Shown here piece by piece: positions 18,910-29,008 of a DNA stretch of 52,066 nucleotides. The notes under the pieces were generated by a model. The model was not told the origin of the DNA and made no database searches. It saw only the letters and a program-made list of their open reading frames with translations. The stretch lies in contig JABHQH010000009.1 in NCBI GenBank assembly GCA_018696115.1, positions 1 to 52,066 on the forward strand. Reading direction: 5' to 3'. Every line of letters starts with the position of its first letter. The stretch's first letter is position 1. The translations under genes and the position numbers were made by a program. This DNA comes from an archaeon (GTDB taxonomy: Archaea; Nanobdellota; Nanobdellia; Pacearchaeales; GW2011-AR1).

Positions 18910-20667
18910 TTAAACTCCCCAGGTTACGTTTTCTCTTCTTTTAATCTCCGCAATCTCCATTAATACCTTCTTTTCTTCAGAAGAAAGTAACGCCTTATGT
19001 TCCTTAAACTTTCTAAACTGAGATTCAGCTAGATCTGAGAATAAACTCTCACCAACCTCTAGCTGCCTTTCAAAATTAACTCCCGGAACGGAGATTGCAA
19101 CTTCTTTTCCTGAAGCAACTTCTTGAACGTTCTTTTTATCTTCCTGGAGTTCCTTAACTCTTCCTATCTTAACATCACTTTTATTTATCAAGGAAATACC
19201 TTTCTTCAAAATCCCTCCCTTAACCTCAACTCCAAAAACCGCAGGACTAGAATTTCTAAAAACAAAATCCAAAATTGTAACCTTAGAAAGCGCAGGAAGC
19301 TCTTTTAGCTTAGCACGTTCCATTTCCTGAACCTTACTTTCCTTCCACTTCCCAAAATTTTCAATTAGTTTGTAAACCACTGGATCAGACAAAACCTTTA
19401 CGTTCTTGAGCTCCTCAACATCTGCATCCTCTGCGAGATTCACATTAAAACCCAGAATTATCTTATCCTCTTCTTGAAGGGAATTAGCTACATACACATC
19501 TTTTTTGTTTATTGGGCCGATACCAACTTTCATCACTCGAATATTATTCTGCCTTAGCAAAACTAATAATGCCTCAAGGCTTCCCAGAGAATCTGCCTTA
19601 ACAACAATTCCCTCATCATCCACCCGAATCTCTTCGGAAATCTCTTCTGCAAACTCTTCTTTAATCTTTTCAACAGTATTTTTAGAATCAATAACTCTAA
19701 ATGGCATTCCGGGCAAGATTTCTTCCCTAGAAGTTATTTGTAGTCTCATTCCTGCAGCAGCTTCAACATCTTTCTTAGTTTCAAATCCTTTGTTTAATGG
19801 TAAAGCTTCTTGGATATTTCTAACCTTTGTCACAACAACATCATCAAATGAGGCAATAGCAATCTCATCATCTGTAGAAAGTTTTCCATCATAAAGGATA
19901 CTTTCAAGATAACTCACCGCCTTATCTTTTTTAACTTCTAAAACTACTCCTTTTCCTTGTTCCCCCACCTCAATACGTTCTGTTAGGAACTTCTGGCTCA
20001 ATGCTGCCAACATTGCAAGAATCTCTGAGATTCCTTCTCCAGTTTCTGCAGAACAGGGGACAATTGCAACATTCTTTGTATAATCTGAAATCTTAGAATA
20101 TATCTCTGCGTTTATCCCATGAGAGTTTAATGCCCCAATAATTGTATAAAACTTTTCATCAAAGTTTTGTTTAACATTAACTGCCTGGTTTTCAATCGCC
20201 TCAATAGAAAGTTTTGAATCAGCAGTCTTCCATCCAGATATATTATCCAACTTATTAAGGGCTATAATAAATGGGGTCTTGTTCGCTTTCAAAATTTGTA
20301 AAACTTCCGCAGTCTGGGGTTTGATGCCGTCATTAATATCAATTACTAAGATCGCAATATCTGCCAAACTTCCTCCACGCTTTCTGAGGTTTGTAAAAGC
20401 TGCATGTCCGGGAGTATCAATAAAAAGAAGGCCAGGGATTTTAAGCGGAATCTTGAATTTGTCAAGAACAACACCTGCTCTCTCAAGAATATTCTTCTCT
20501 GGGAGCGTGGTGAAAGAAATTTTCTGAGTAATTCCTCCTGCTTCTCCAGATTGGATAGAGGTACCCCTAATTTTGTCTAAAATAGACGTCTTTCCATGGT
20601 CCACATGTCCTGCGACCGTTACGATCGGTTGTCTGATCCTTGCCATAGAAAAACCATGAGGTTCCAA
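18910..20667 (-). CDS. infB: translation initiation factor aIF5B (IF2 homolog)
   Basis: VAGHVDHGKTS G1 motif and DTPGH G2/G3. Four-domain length of 585 aa typical of archaeal aIF5B. Confidence 0.9.
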   Translation of the reverse strand: MEPHGFSMARIRQPIVTVAGHVDHGKTSILDKIRGTSIQSGEAGGITQKISFTTLPEKNILERAGVVLDKFKIPLKIPGLLFIDTPGHAAFTNLRKRGGSLADIAILVIDINDGIKPQTAEVLQILKANKTPFIIALNKLDNISGWKTADSKLSIEAIENQAVNVKQNFDEKFYTIIGALNSHGINAEIYSKISDYTKNVAIVPCSAETGEGISEILAMLAALSQKFLTERIEVGEQGKGVVLEVKKDKAVSYLESILYDGKLSTDDEIAIASFDDVVVTKVRNIQEALPLNKGFETKKDVEAAAGMRLQITSREEILPGMPFRVIDSKNTVEKIKEEFAEEISEEIRVDDEGIVVKADSLGSLEALLVLLRQNNIRVMKVGIGPINKKDVYVANSLQEEDKIILGFNVNLAEDADVEELKNVKVLSDPVVYKLIENFGKWKESKVQEMERAKLKELPALSKVTILDFVFRNSSPAVFGVEVKGGILKKGISLINKSDVKIGRVKELQEDKKNVQEVASGKEVAISVPGVNFERQLEVGESLFSDLAESQFRKFKEHKALLSSEEKKVLMEIAEIKRRENVTWGV

Positions 20668-20726
20668 CTTAAAAGCTTAATGATTCTTTCCAAAAACCTT
20701 ATAATGCTCCAAAATTTTAACCAATC

Positions 20727-20993
20727 ATGGTAGAAACACTAGAAAACTTGCAAAAAATGTATGATTTAGAACTAGACAAGGTCATAGATGAAATAAAATC
20801 AAAAAAAGTGAAAACTGTACTTCTCCAATTCCCGGATGGGCTAAAACCTCATGCAACACAAATAGCAGAACATATTGAAAAAAATACTGAAGCAATGGTC
20901 TCGATAAGATTGGGAGATTGCTTTGGAGCTTGCGACACTCCTCAAACAAGCGCAGAGTTGATTATCCAATTTGGCCATGCTCCTTGGAAATAA
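20727..20993 (+). pseudogene. dph2: truncated diphthamide synthase Dph2 N-terminal fragment (88 aa of ~330)
   Basis: LLQFPDGLKPHATQIAEHIEKN...GDCFGACD...IIQFGH matches Dph2 domain 1. Stop at 20993, with pyrG starting 60 nt later. No continuation is present in any frame. Confidence 0.55.
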
Positions 20994-21053
20994 TTTTCCA
21001 ATCACACACCAAATCACATAAATCTTTATAAGCCCCACAGATTTTCTAGAATC

Positions 21054-22787
21054 ATGACGAAGTATATCTTTGTTTCAGGGGGTGTAATTTCTGGTGTAGG
21101 AAAAGGAGTGGCGACAGCTTCCATCGGGAGAATTCTAAAAGAGTATGGCTTTTCTGTAACTGCAATAAAAATTGATCCATACATAAATTGTGACGCAGGT
21201 ACACTCCGTCCAACAGAACACGGAGAAGTTTGGGTTACTGAAGACGGTGGAGAGATAGATCAAGATTTGGGAAACTACGAAAGATTTCTAGAAACAAATA
21301 TCCTCAAAGATAATGCAATAACCACCGGACAAGTTTATAGGGAACTCATCGAGCAAGAACGACGTGGAGATTTCCTTGGAGAAACAGTTTCATTTATTCC
21401 CCATGTTCCGGACGAAATAAAAAGAAGAATAAAAAAAGCTTCTGAAGGATTTGATATTTGTTTAATTGAGATTGGAGGAACAATTGGAGATTATGAAAAC
21501 ATCCCGTTCCTATTTGCATCAAGATCTCTTGAAGCAGAACTTGGTAGAGAAAATGTCTGCCACATAATGGTAACCTACATGCCGGTTCCAAGCCATATTG
21601 ATGAAATGAAAACCAAACCCACTCAACTAGCCATAAAACTTCTTAGAGAAAACGGGATTCAGCCTGATTTCATTCTTTGTCGAGGAAAACACGCTCTTGA
21701 TGAACCAAGAAAAAAGAAAATCGAAAGATATGCAAACATCCATTCAGATCATGTAATTTCTATGCCTGATGTAATCGGAGATAAAACTGCGAACACAATC
21801 TACGTAATCCCTTTAGATCTCGAAAAAGAAAATTTCGGAGAAAAAGTTCTTACAAGATTAAACCTAAGGAGAAGAAAGCAGGTAGATTGGTCACAATGGT
21901 CTAAGATGGTTCGAAGAATCTCAAGTCCTTCAAAAGAAATAAACATTGCACTCGTTGGAAAGTACTTAGATATTGGAAACTTCCAACTTACTGATTCATA
22001 TCTTTCGGTTGCGGCTGCACTCCAACATGCCGGGGCAAAAAATGACGTAAGGATAAAGATTCATTGGGTAAATTCAAAAGATATTGAAAATTGGAAAGTA
22101 GATTTCAAGAAGTTTGATGGAATTCTTGTACCTGGGGGATTTGGGAACTCTGGAGTTGAAGGAAAAATCCTTGCAATAGAACACGCAAGAAAAACGAATA
22201 CCCCGTTTCTAGGATTATGTTATGGATTACAGCTTGCAGTAGTCGAATTTGCGAGGAATGTATGTGATCTAAACGCAAATTCAACAGAGATCAATCCAGA
22301 GATAGAGCACAAAGTCATAGATATTCTCCCAGATCAAGTCAACGTCAATAATAAGGGCGGAACCATGAGGCTTGGGGCCTATCCAGCAATCTTAATGCCA
22401 AATTCAAGAGTTAGTAAGATCTATGGGTCTGAAAAAGTTTCAGAAAGACACAGACACCGATACGAGGTAAATCCAAAATATCACAATATCCTTAAGGAAA
22501 AAGGATTAATTATCTCGGGAAAGAGTCCTGACGGAAAGCTCGCAGAGTTTATCGAACTCCCAAATCATAAATTCTTCATCGCAACTCAAGCACATCCCGA
22601 ATTCAAGAGTTATCCCGTAAAACCCGCACCATTATTTGATGAATTTGTTAAGGCTTGTATGGAAAAGCCAGAAAGTCCACAAAAGAATAATCCACAACAA
22701 CCTCAACCTACTCAAAATCAATCACGAGAAATCCGACAAGGTACGCAAGAATCATCACATCCCGAAGAATTGAAGAAATGGGAATAG
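21054..22787 (+). CDS. pyrG: CTP synthase with ~40-aa Gln/Pro-rich C-terminal extension
   Basis: N-terminal synthetase domain (KYIFVSGGVISGVGKG) and GATase domain (GLCYGLQ, HPEF). TTTATAA sits ~26 nt upstream of the ATG. Confidence 0.95.
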   Translation: MTKYIFVSGGVISGVGKGVATASIGRILKEYGFSVTAIKIDPYINCDAGTLRPTEHGEVWVTEDGGEIDQDLGNYERFLETNILKDNAITTGQVYRELIEQERRGDFLGETVSFIPHVPDEIKRRIKKASEGFDICLIEIGGTIGDYENIPFLFASRSLEAELGRENVCHIMVTYMPVPSHIDEMKTKPTQLAIKLLRENGIQPDFILCRGKHALDEPRKKKIERYANIHSDHVISMPDVIGDKTANTIYVIPLDLEKENFGEKVLTRLNLRRRKQVDWSQWSKMVRRISSPSKEINIALVGKYLDIGNFQLTDSYLSVAAALQHAGAKNDVRIKIHWVNSKDIENWKVDFKKFDGILVPGGFGNSGVEGKILAIEHARKTNTPFLGLCYGLQLAVVEFARNVCDLNANSTEINPEIEHKVIDILPDQVNVNNKGGTMRLGAYPAILMPNSRVSKIYGSEKVSERHRHRYEVNPKYHNILKEKGLIISGKSPDGKLAEFIELPNHKFFIATQAHPEFKSYPVKPAPLFDEFVKACMEKPESPQKNNPQQPQPTQNQSREIRQGTQESSHPEELKKWE

Positions 22788-22850
22788 AATCCTCGTGACA
22801 ATGTAATCAATCTCATAAATATTTATATACTTTAATTCTTAGATAACGAA

Positions 22851-23096
22851 ATGGGTACTAAAATGAGAAAAGTTGGATTCACTTTTAATGAAGCTAGTTT
22901 AAAATCCTTAGACGATATGTGGGCAAGATCCGGATTGCCAGATAGGGCCGCTGTTGTCAAACAATCCTTACAAATTCTCCAAGCCCTCCAAACACAAGAG
23001 GCGCAAGGTTATACTCAAGTATCTGTTAGAAATCCTGAAACGGGAGAAGAAAGATTCTATAATGGATCTTCATTAGATCATTTTCTTAGAAACTAG
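22851..23096 (+). CDS. small ribbon-helix-helix-like protein, hypothetical
   Basis: KVGFTFNEASLKSLDDMWARSGLPDRAAVVKQSL resembles a CopG/RHH beta-alpha-alpha fold. 81 aa. Confidence 0.35.
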   Translation: MGTKMRKVGFTFNEASLKSLDDMWARSGLPDRAAVVKQSLQILQALQTQEAQGYTQVSVRNPETGEERFYNGSSLDHFLRN

Positions 23097-23138
23097 TTAC
23101 ATCCTAACTTTTTTAAACGACTTTTATTAAGTTATTAG

Positions 23139-24203
23139 ATGAGAAAACTATCTTTTCTATTCGTAGGACTTTTATTAGCGATTCTAGTAACAACCATGAT
23201 GGCTGGGGCTTCTCCCCAAGAACAAACAAATGTTTATTATTTCTATGGAGAGACTTGCTCACACTGTGCTGTTGTTGCCGACTCGAACATCTTAGAAAAA
23301 GTAGCCGAGATGGAAAATGTTTCAGTAGCAAAATACGAAATATATAACGATCAAGAGAATAGAGATTTATTCTTAGAAACAAGCGAAAAAATAGGATTAG
23401 AACAATCTCAAATGGGGGTCCCATTTTTAATCATAGAACAAAACGGAAAGTATTCCTACCTCTCTGGAGATAGCCCAATTATAAATAATCTAGAAGAAGA
23501 AATAACAAATTTCAAGGGGGTAGAATCCAAGATTGATCCAACTACTGAAACTCTTACTCTAACCATGATTCTCAGTGCAGCACTAATCGATTCAATAAAT
23601 CCGTGCGCATTTGGAGTACTTCTTTTCTTAATGGCCGTTCTCTTATCCATGGGATCTTCCAAAAAAGCACTAAAGGCCGGAATAATTTACACTATCGTTG
23701 TCTTCCTCGCCTATCTTGCAGCAGGAATCGGAATTCTAAGACTAATCGGATTCTTCTCAATAATTAATTACATAACTGCAATCGCAGGAATCTTAGTACT
23801 TATCGGAGGAATAATTGAGATAAAAGACTTTTTCTGGTACGGAAAAGGAATTTCCTTAAGGATCCCGACAAAAGCAAAACCGGTCCTAGAGAAATTAATT
23901 CATAATGGGACCCTCCCTGCAGTTATTATCCTTGGGATAATCGTGGCAGCAGTAGAGCTTCCTTGTACTGGGGGAATTTATCTGGCGATTTTAACAATAA
24001 TGTCCAAAACGCCTGCTTTCGGAATAGGCTACCTGATACTTTACAACTTCATATTTGTTCTCCCACTCCTAGTCTTAACATTATTAATCTATAAGGGAAC
24101 TCACGTTGACAACATAAAGGTCTGGGTAGACAAAAACAAAAAATACATGAGACTGGCTGCAGGTATAATTATGATCATCCTGGCAATATACCTTCTAGTA
24201 TAA
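23139..24203 (+). CDS. ccdA: thioredoxin-like CxxC domain fused to CcdA/DsbD-family transmembrane disulfide transporter
   Basis: Signal/TM helix, then GETCSHCA, then 6 TM helices with the INPCAFGVL and ELPCTGG paired-Cys motifs. Confidence 0.75.
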   Translation: MRKLSFLFVGLLLAILVTTMMAGASPQEQTNVYYFYGETCSHCAVVADSNILEKVAEMENVSVAKYEIYNDQENRDLFLETSEKIGLEQSQMGVPFLIIEQNGKYSYLSGDSPIINNLEEEITNFKGVESKIDPTTETLTLTMILSAALIDSINPCAFGVLLFLMAVLLSMGSSKKALKAGIIYTIVVFLAYLAAGIGILRLIGFFSIINYITAIAGILVLIGGIIEIKDFFWYGKGISLRIPTKAKPVLEKLIHNGTLPAVIILGIIVAAVELPCTGGIYLAILTIMSKTPAFGIGYLILYNFIFVLPLLVLTLLIYKGTHVDNIKVWVDKNKKYMRLAAGIIMIILAIYLLV

Positions 24204-24237
24204 TTAATCTTAAATATCTAAAAACCACCGAAATAAC

Positions 24238-24981
24238 ATGGGAATATTAAGCTATATCAAAGGAATAGGAAGCAACACCCTTTACTATCCGGGATGCCTT
24301 ACTGAAGGAGTTCTTAGCCAAGAATTTGAGAACTATAAGGAAATATTCAACAAACTAGGGGTAGATTTCATTCTTTTGCCTAACAAACCCTGTTGTGGCC
24401 TCCCCGTTCTAAATGCAGGGTATAAAAAAGATGCAAGAAAGCTTGCAAAAAAGAACTTAGAGCTTTTTAAAAAACATTCAATCAAAAAGATAATTACAAA
24501 CTGCCCTTCCTGTTATCATACTTTCAAGGAAATTTATCCGACACTTCTAAGGGACTGGGATATTGAGGTAGAACACGCAACAATTACAATTCTTAATGCA
24601 CTTCAAAAAAAGCGTATAAGGTTTAAGGGAAATGATGAAGATCGTGAACCAATAACCTATCATGATCCTTGTCATCTTGGAAGATATTCAGAGATCTATG
24701 ACGAACCAAGACAAGTTATAGAACTTCTTGGAGGAAAGATTATTGAAATGAGACATAATAAAAGAACTGCAATGTGTTGTGGCGGGGGCGGAGGAGTTCG
24801 GGCAAACTTTCCAGAACTAGCAAAAAAAATAGCAAAAAAAAGAAGTGAAGAAGTTCCAAAAATCGCAACAAAAATTATCTCTCCATGCGGATTATGTTTT
24901 GCAAATATCAAAAGTGCAGATGAGCGAAGTACAGAATTTTCAACATTCGTATTAGGTAAATTAAGGGGTCTAAGAAGATGA
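24238..24981 (+). CDS. CCG-domain (HdrB/GlcF C-terminal-like) Fe-S oxidoreductase subunit
   Basis: Two Cys-rich CCG repeats: PGCL...PCCGLP...CPSCY and DPCHLGR...MCCGGGGG. Confidence 0.7.
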   Translation: MGILSYIKGIGSNTLYYPGCLTEGVLSQEFENYKEIFNKLGVDFILLPNKPCCGLPVLNAGYKKDARKLAKKNLELFKKHSIKKIITNCPSCYHTFKEIYPTLLRDWDIEVEHATITILNALQKKRIRFKGNDEDREPITYHDPCHLGRYSEIYDEPRQVIELLGGKIIEMRHNKRTAMCCGGGGGVRANFPELAKKIAKKRSEEVPKIATKIISPCGLCFANIKSADERSTEFSTFVLGKLRGLRR

Positions 24982-26102
24982 CATTAAATAAATCTACAAC
25001 GAAATCTTATGAGACTGATGCGTCAGGATTAAGGGGGAAAGCTAAGGAAGTCATTTTCCCAAATTCAATACCTGAAGTTCAAAAAATAGTAACTATAACT
25101 CCTAAAATTGTTCCAAGAGGTGGAGGAACCGGACTTGCAGGTGGAGCAGTTCCACAAAATGGACAAGATACTGTCTTAGATCTTTCAAAATTAACTCGGA
25201 TTCAAAGTTTAGATAAAGAAAGAAGTTCCATCGAGGTGGAGGCAGGAGTAATTCTAGATGACTTGCAACATCACTTGAAGAGATATAACTTGGAGTTTCC
25301 GGTAAATCCTTCTAGCCACACTATTGCAACTATTGGGGGAATGATTGCGACAGATGCTGTAGGATCAAGAGCAATAAAATATGGACGTACCTCGAAATGG
25401 GTAAAATGGGTGGATATTGTTGATAGTCAAGGAAACCTTCAGAGAAAGGGAGCAACAGAACTTAGTGATTATGCCGGAATGGAGGGAACTACGGGGGTGA
25501 TTGTTAAAGCATGCCTAAAACTTTCTCCGAGGAAATTAAGGACCGCGTCTTTGGTCCCTCTCGAAACAGTTAAAGAAACTCTGGCGTTAGTTCGGCAGTT
25601 AAAACTTGATTCTTCAGTAAGTATGATGGAATTTATGGACAAAAGGATCTCTAAGGATCTAGGATTAGAAGAAAGATATCATTTAATTGTGGAATATGAA
25701 TCCGATAAGGGGAAAATAAAAGATGGTGCATACGAAAAACTTCTAGCCCTAAGGGACAGGACCTACCCATTACTTGCATCAGAAGGTTATACTAGAATTG
25801 AAGACCCAAAGATCCTAACCGATAGATTCGATAAAATTATGCCTTGGTTTGAATCAAAAAATATTCCGGTCTTCGGACATCTTGGCGTTGGGATTCTTCA
25901 TCCCTGCTTTAATCATGATCAAGAAAAATTTATCCCAGAAATGATGAAACTTGTGAGAAAACTTGGGGGACAAATAAGTGGGGAACACGGAATAGGACTA
26001 CTAAAAAAATCATTCATCGAACCAAATGATAAAAAAATCCTAGTTAACATAAAAAAGAGAACCGATCCAATAAATAAATTCAATCAGGGAAAAGTAATAT
26101 GA
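24978..26102 (+). CDS. FAD-linked oxidase (GlcD/D-lactate dehydrogenase family) catalytic subunit
   Basis: FAD-binding PCMH-type N-terminus (PRGGGTGLAGGAVP). Start codon overlaps the upstream stop. Confidence 0.75.
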   Translation: MTLNKSTTKSYETDASGLRGKAKEVIFPNSIPEVQKIVTITPKIVPRGGGTGLAGGAVPQNGQDTVLDLSKLTRIQSLDKERSSIEVEAGVILDDLQHHLKRYNLEFPVNPSSHTIATIGGMIATDAVGSRAIKYGRTSKWVKWVDIVDSQGNLQRKGATELSDYAGMEGTTGVIVKACLKLSPRKLRTASLVPLETVKETLALVRQLKLDSSVSMMEFMDKRISKDLGLEERYHLIVEYESDKGKIKDGAYEKLLALRDRTYPLLASEGYTRIEDPKILTDRFDKIMPWFESKNIPVFGHLGVGILHPCFNHDQEKFIPEMMKLVRKLGGQISGEHGIGLLKKSFIEPNDKKILVNIKKRTDPINKFNQGKVI

Positions 26103-26506
26103 GTACAAAAAAAGTATCCAAACAAGATAAGCTAGAGGCAGAAAATTTAATGGAAGAAGTACAGGAAATTATCTCTCCTTGTATCAAATGCGGAATGTGC
26201 AAGTCTTTTTGTCCGGTGTTCAAAACTCTCCGGGAAGAACATCACTCCCCGAGGGGGAAGGCAGTAATACTTTCGGAAAAGATTCTAGATAAAGTACTCT
26301 TTCAGTGTAATCTCTGTAAGGCTTGTGAGGTAAGATGTCCCCTAAACATCAAAGTCTGTGATGCAATTAAGAAAGCAAGAGAAGCAATGGTTCTCAAGGG
26401 TCACGAACTTAAACAAAATAAAGAGATGATAACAAATATTCGAAAGACGAATAATCCCTTCGGAAATGATCCAGAGAAAAGCAAAGATAAATTATACTGT
26501 TGCTAA
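26099..26506 (+). CDS. 2x[4Fe-4S] ferredoxin-like subunit (GlcF N-terminal-like)
   Basis: CIKCGMCKSFCP and CNLCKACEVRCP. Translationally coupled to the upstream gene. Confidence 0.7.
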   Translation: MSTKKVSKQDKLEAENLMEEVQEIISPCIKCGMCKSFCPVFKTLREEHHSPRGKAVILSEKILDKVLFQCNLCKACEVRCPLNIKVCDAIKKAREAMVLKGHELKQNKEMITNIRKTNNPFGNDPEKSKDKLYCC

Positions 26507-26733
26507 ATCTTCTTCAAATTTCTAGCCAAAATAGCCCGCCTTTCAAGCTTCCGAGTGACCTTAATCTTATTAAGCCCAATTTTCGTCGGGTTCTTAATAA
26601 CGTCTCCCGCTTGGGCTGCAACAATAGAATCAAGCAAACGAACAGGAATCTTTTTATCAACTGGAATTCCCAACTGTCTATGGAGCGTCCCTTTCTTAAG
26701 CCCAATTTTTTGGATCCATTTCATTACATTCAC
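26503..26733 (-). CDS. small basic protein, hypothetical
   Basis: 76-aa ORF in an intergenic gap. Lys/Arg-rich. Confidence 0.35.
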   Translation of the reverse strand: MNVMKWIQKIGLKKGTLHRQLGIPVDKKIPVRLLDSIVAAQAGDVIKNPTKIGLNKIKVTRKLERRAILARNLKKI

Positions 26734-26752
26734 CTCCTTTTTATTTTACTAT

Positions 26753-28453
26753 CTACCTATTCCCAAACCAAAACTCTAATTTCTCTTTTCCATCTTCCTT
26801 TTTCTTTTTGTGAAGTCTAACAAAACCAAATCGCTCAAATTGAATAATATCTCCCACCTTAAGTTTCTTAAGTGCAGATTCTCCTAGTCCATGAATAATT
26901 GTACCGTCGTCCATCCTGATTTTTGTATCAACATTCTCAGCATTAGCCGGTAACCATTGGATGAATTTAGTTTCCAAGTCATTATCCGGATCTTCAGAAA
27001 CAAAACTAAAATCTCTCGGACGTATTTTTCCAACCTCACCAGACTTAAAATTAAGTAAGTGCATCAACCGATAATTCCCGTTACGCATCAAATCATAATC
27101 TTGTCCGGGAATAAAGAACTCTTGCCGGGTCATATACTCTCTAAATCCCTTCTTTCCATCCGGGTGGAGAGGTAATTTAGCATGAAATTCAGGACAACCA
27201 CCTATTTTGATTTTCTGCGGCCTTTCTACAAAGAAATATCTTGGGACGTCTGCAAGATTTTTCTTATTAATTGAATATAGTACATCTACCGGAACAACTG
27301 CATTAGACCTCTTAACTCCCATACCTAAAATAAATTCGCGAATAGTCTCCGGTAATATCCCCCTATCCTTCAAACTTCTCAAACTCCAAGTTCTGGGATC
27401 ATTCCACCCCGTATAGGTTCCTGATTTAACTTCTGCAGCCCCCTTGGACTTGGAAATCTTTACACCCTCAATTGCAAAATGCCCCGTGTGAATAACTTCA
27501 GGGTGCTTCCATCCAAAAATATCCCAAATAAACTTCTCAACCTTAGTTTCCATCATTAGTTCCATCCCCCTAATAATATGGGTAACTCCCAAAAGATGAT
27601 CATCAATTGCCCAAGAAAAGTCAAGAAGGGGATAAACACGATACTTTTTCCCAAGCCTAGCGTGAGGACGATCAGATATTCTAAACATGATACGATCTCG
27701 AAAGGCAGGGTTCGGATCATCCATAGAAGTTTTAAGTCGAACGGTAAAACTTCCAACAGGAGCATCAAACATTTTCTTCCATCTCTTTTCATGTTCACTA
27801 GGCAACAATCTTCGACAACTACACTCAACACCCTTAACTTTCAGTTCATGCATCTCATCCTGCGGACAAGAACAAACGTACAAATAACCTTTCTTAATCA
27901 TCTCTTCAGCATAAGCATAGTATTTCTCAATCCTGTCAGATTTGTAAATAATCTTTTTATCATATTTTGCTCCAAGAAATTTAACATCTTCTTCAATCAT
28001 CTTATATGCTTCAGGTTCAATTGGTTTAGCTTCAGAACCAATTGTATCATCCATAACTAAAATCATTCTCCCCCCATACATTTTTGCATACTCATCATTG
28101 AGGATTAATGGTCTAGCATTTCCAATATGTAGGGGTCCCGAAGGAAACGGAGCAAATCTCGTGATAACTTTCCCATCTTCTGCATTAGGCAATTCGGGCA
28201 ATCCTTCACGAACTTCTCGCTTACTAACATTTACCTTCAATTTATCAAATTCTTCTGCCTGTTTTTCCATATCCAGAGAATTAACTGCCTTCAAAACTTC
28301 CATTATTTTTGGGAGGATTTCCTTAACCTTATCTTTCTCAAGTCCTTCTGCGAAAAGCCCAGCCAGAACCGCACCCTGATTTGCCTTTCCCCCATACTTT
28401 AGAGCATTCTCCAATGCATAGGCACGAATAATTTTCTTTGAAATTTCTACCAT
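26753..28453 (-). CDS. gltX: glutamate--tRNA ligase, archaeal/eukaryotic type
   Basis: HIGNARP (HIGH) motif and KISKSKG (KMSKS) motif. 566 aa. Confidence 0.9.
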   Translation of the reverse strand: MVEISKKIIRAYALENALKYGGKANQGAVLAGLFAEGLEKDKVKEILPKIMEVLKAVNSLDMEKQAEEFDKLKVNVSKREVREGLPELPNAEDGKVITRFAPFPSGPLHIGNARPLILNDEYAKMYGGRMILVMDDTIGSEAKPIEPEAYKMIEEDVKFLGAKYDKKIIYKSDRIEKYYAYAEEMIKKGYLYVCSCPQDEMHELKVKGVECSCRRLLPSEHEKRWKKMFDAPVGSFTVRLKTSMDDPNPAFRDRIMFRISDRPHARLGKKYRVYPLLDFSWAIDDHLLGVTHIIRGMELMMETKVEKFIWDIFGWKHPEVIHTGHFAIEGVKISKSKGAAEVKSGTYTGWNDPRTWSLRSLKDRGILPETIREFILGMGVKRSNAVVPVDVLYSINKKNLADVPRYFFVERPQKIKIGGCPEFHAKLPLHPDGKKGFREYMTRQEFFIPGQDYDLMRNGNYRLMHLLNFKSGEVGKIRPRDFSFVSEDPDNDLETKFIQWLPANAENVDTKIRMDDGTIIHGLGESALKKLKVGDIIQFERFGFVRLHKKKKEDGKEKLEFWFGNR

Positions 28454-28502
28454 ACTTAATAGAGAAGAGACAAGGTTTTAAATTTGTTGTTTATCCGGAG
28501 AA

Positions 28503-28934
28503 TTACCAGCCCATAACTCCAACACTCGAATCGCTAGTAGAAGGACTAGCTTCAACACCTGCCTTTCTCTCAAGAAGTTCAATCCTTTGTTCTAACTTGT
28601 AAATCTTATTATCCAATTCTGTTATTTTTGCATCAACTTCTCTCTTATCATATCCCCCACTAGAACTTGAAAAACCATCAGAACTAGAAGAAGAACCTGA
28701 AGAGTCCATAAATCCAAAGAATTCTGAATTAGATCCTGATCCTGAGTTTTCAGAGCTAGCTTCTGACGAATCCATTCCAGAAACAGAAGAACCAACCTTC
28801 GAAGAGCCAACACCCAACTCGACAAAACCATCCTTATTAGTCGGAACTTCTACATTATTACGCGGGATCACAACAACGCCTCGCTTTTGTAGCTCTCGAA
28901 CATCAATCATCCTCTTCTTTTTTCTAAACAACAT
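28503..28934 (-). CDS. Ser-rich low-complexity protein with C-terminal coiled coil, hypothetical
   Basis: 143 aa. Basic N-terminus, an SGS-rich centre, and heptad-like KITELDNKIYKLEQRIELLERK. Confidence 0.4.
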   Translation of the reverse strand: MLFRKKKRMIDVRELQKRGVVVIPRNNVEVPTNKDGFVELGVGSSKVGSSVSGMDSSEASSENSGSGSNSEFFGFMDSSGSSSSSDGFSSSSGGYDKREVDAKITELDNKIYKLEQRIELLERKAGVEASPSTSDSSVGVMGW

Positions 28935-29008
28935 AATTCATATAAGAAGAACCTTTATTTAAAGATTGCTAAACAAACTTTTATATATCCTTCAATCTAT
29001 CTTACAGT

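Noticed and set aside
19505-19894. 129-aa ORF antisense to aIF5B (and others at 19123, 20279)
   Set aside because: Embedded antisense in a strongly supported gene.
27207-28379. Several + strand ORFs (69-160 aa) opposite GluRS
   Set aside because: Antisense to a highly conserved aaRS gene.
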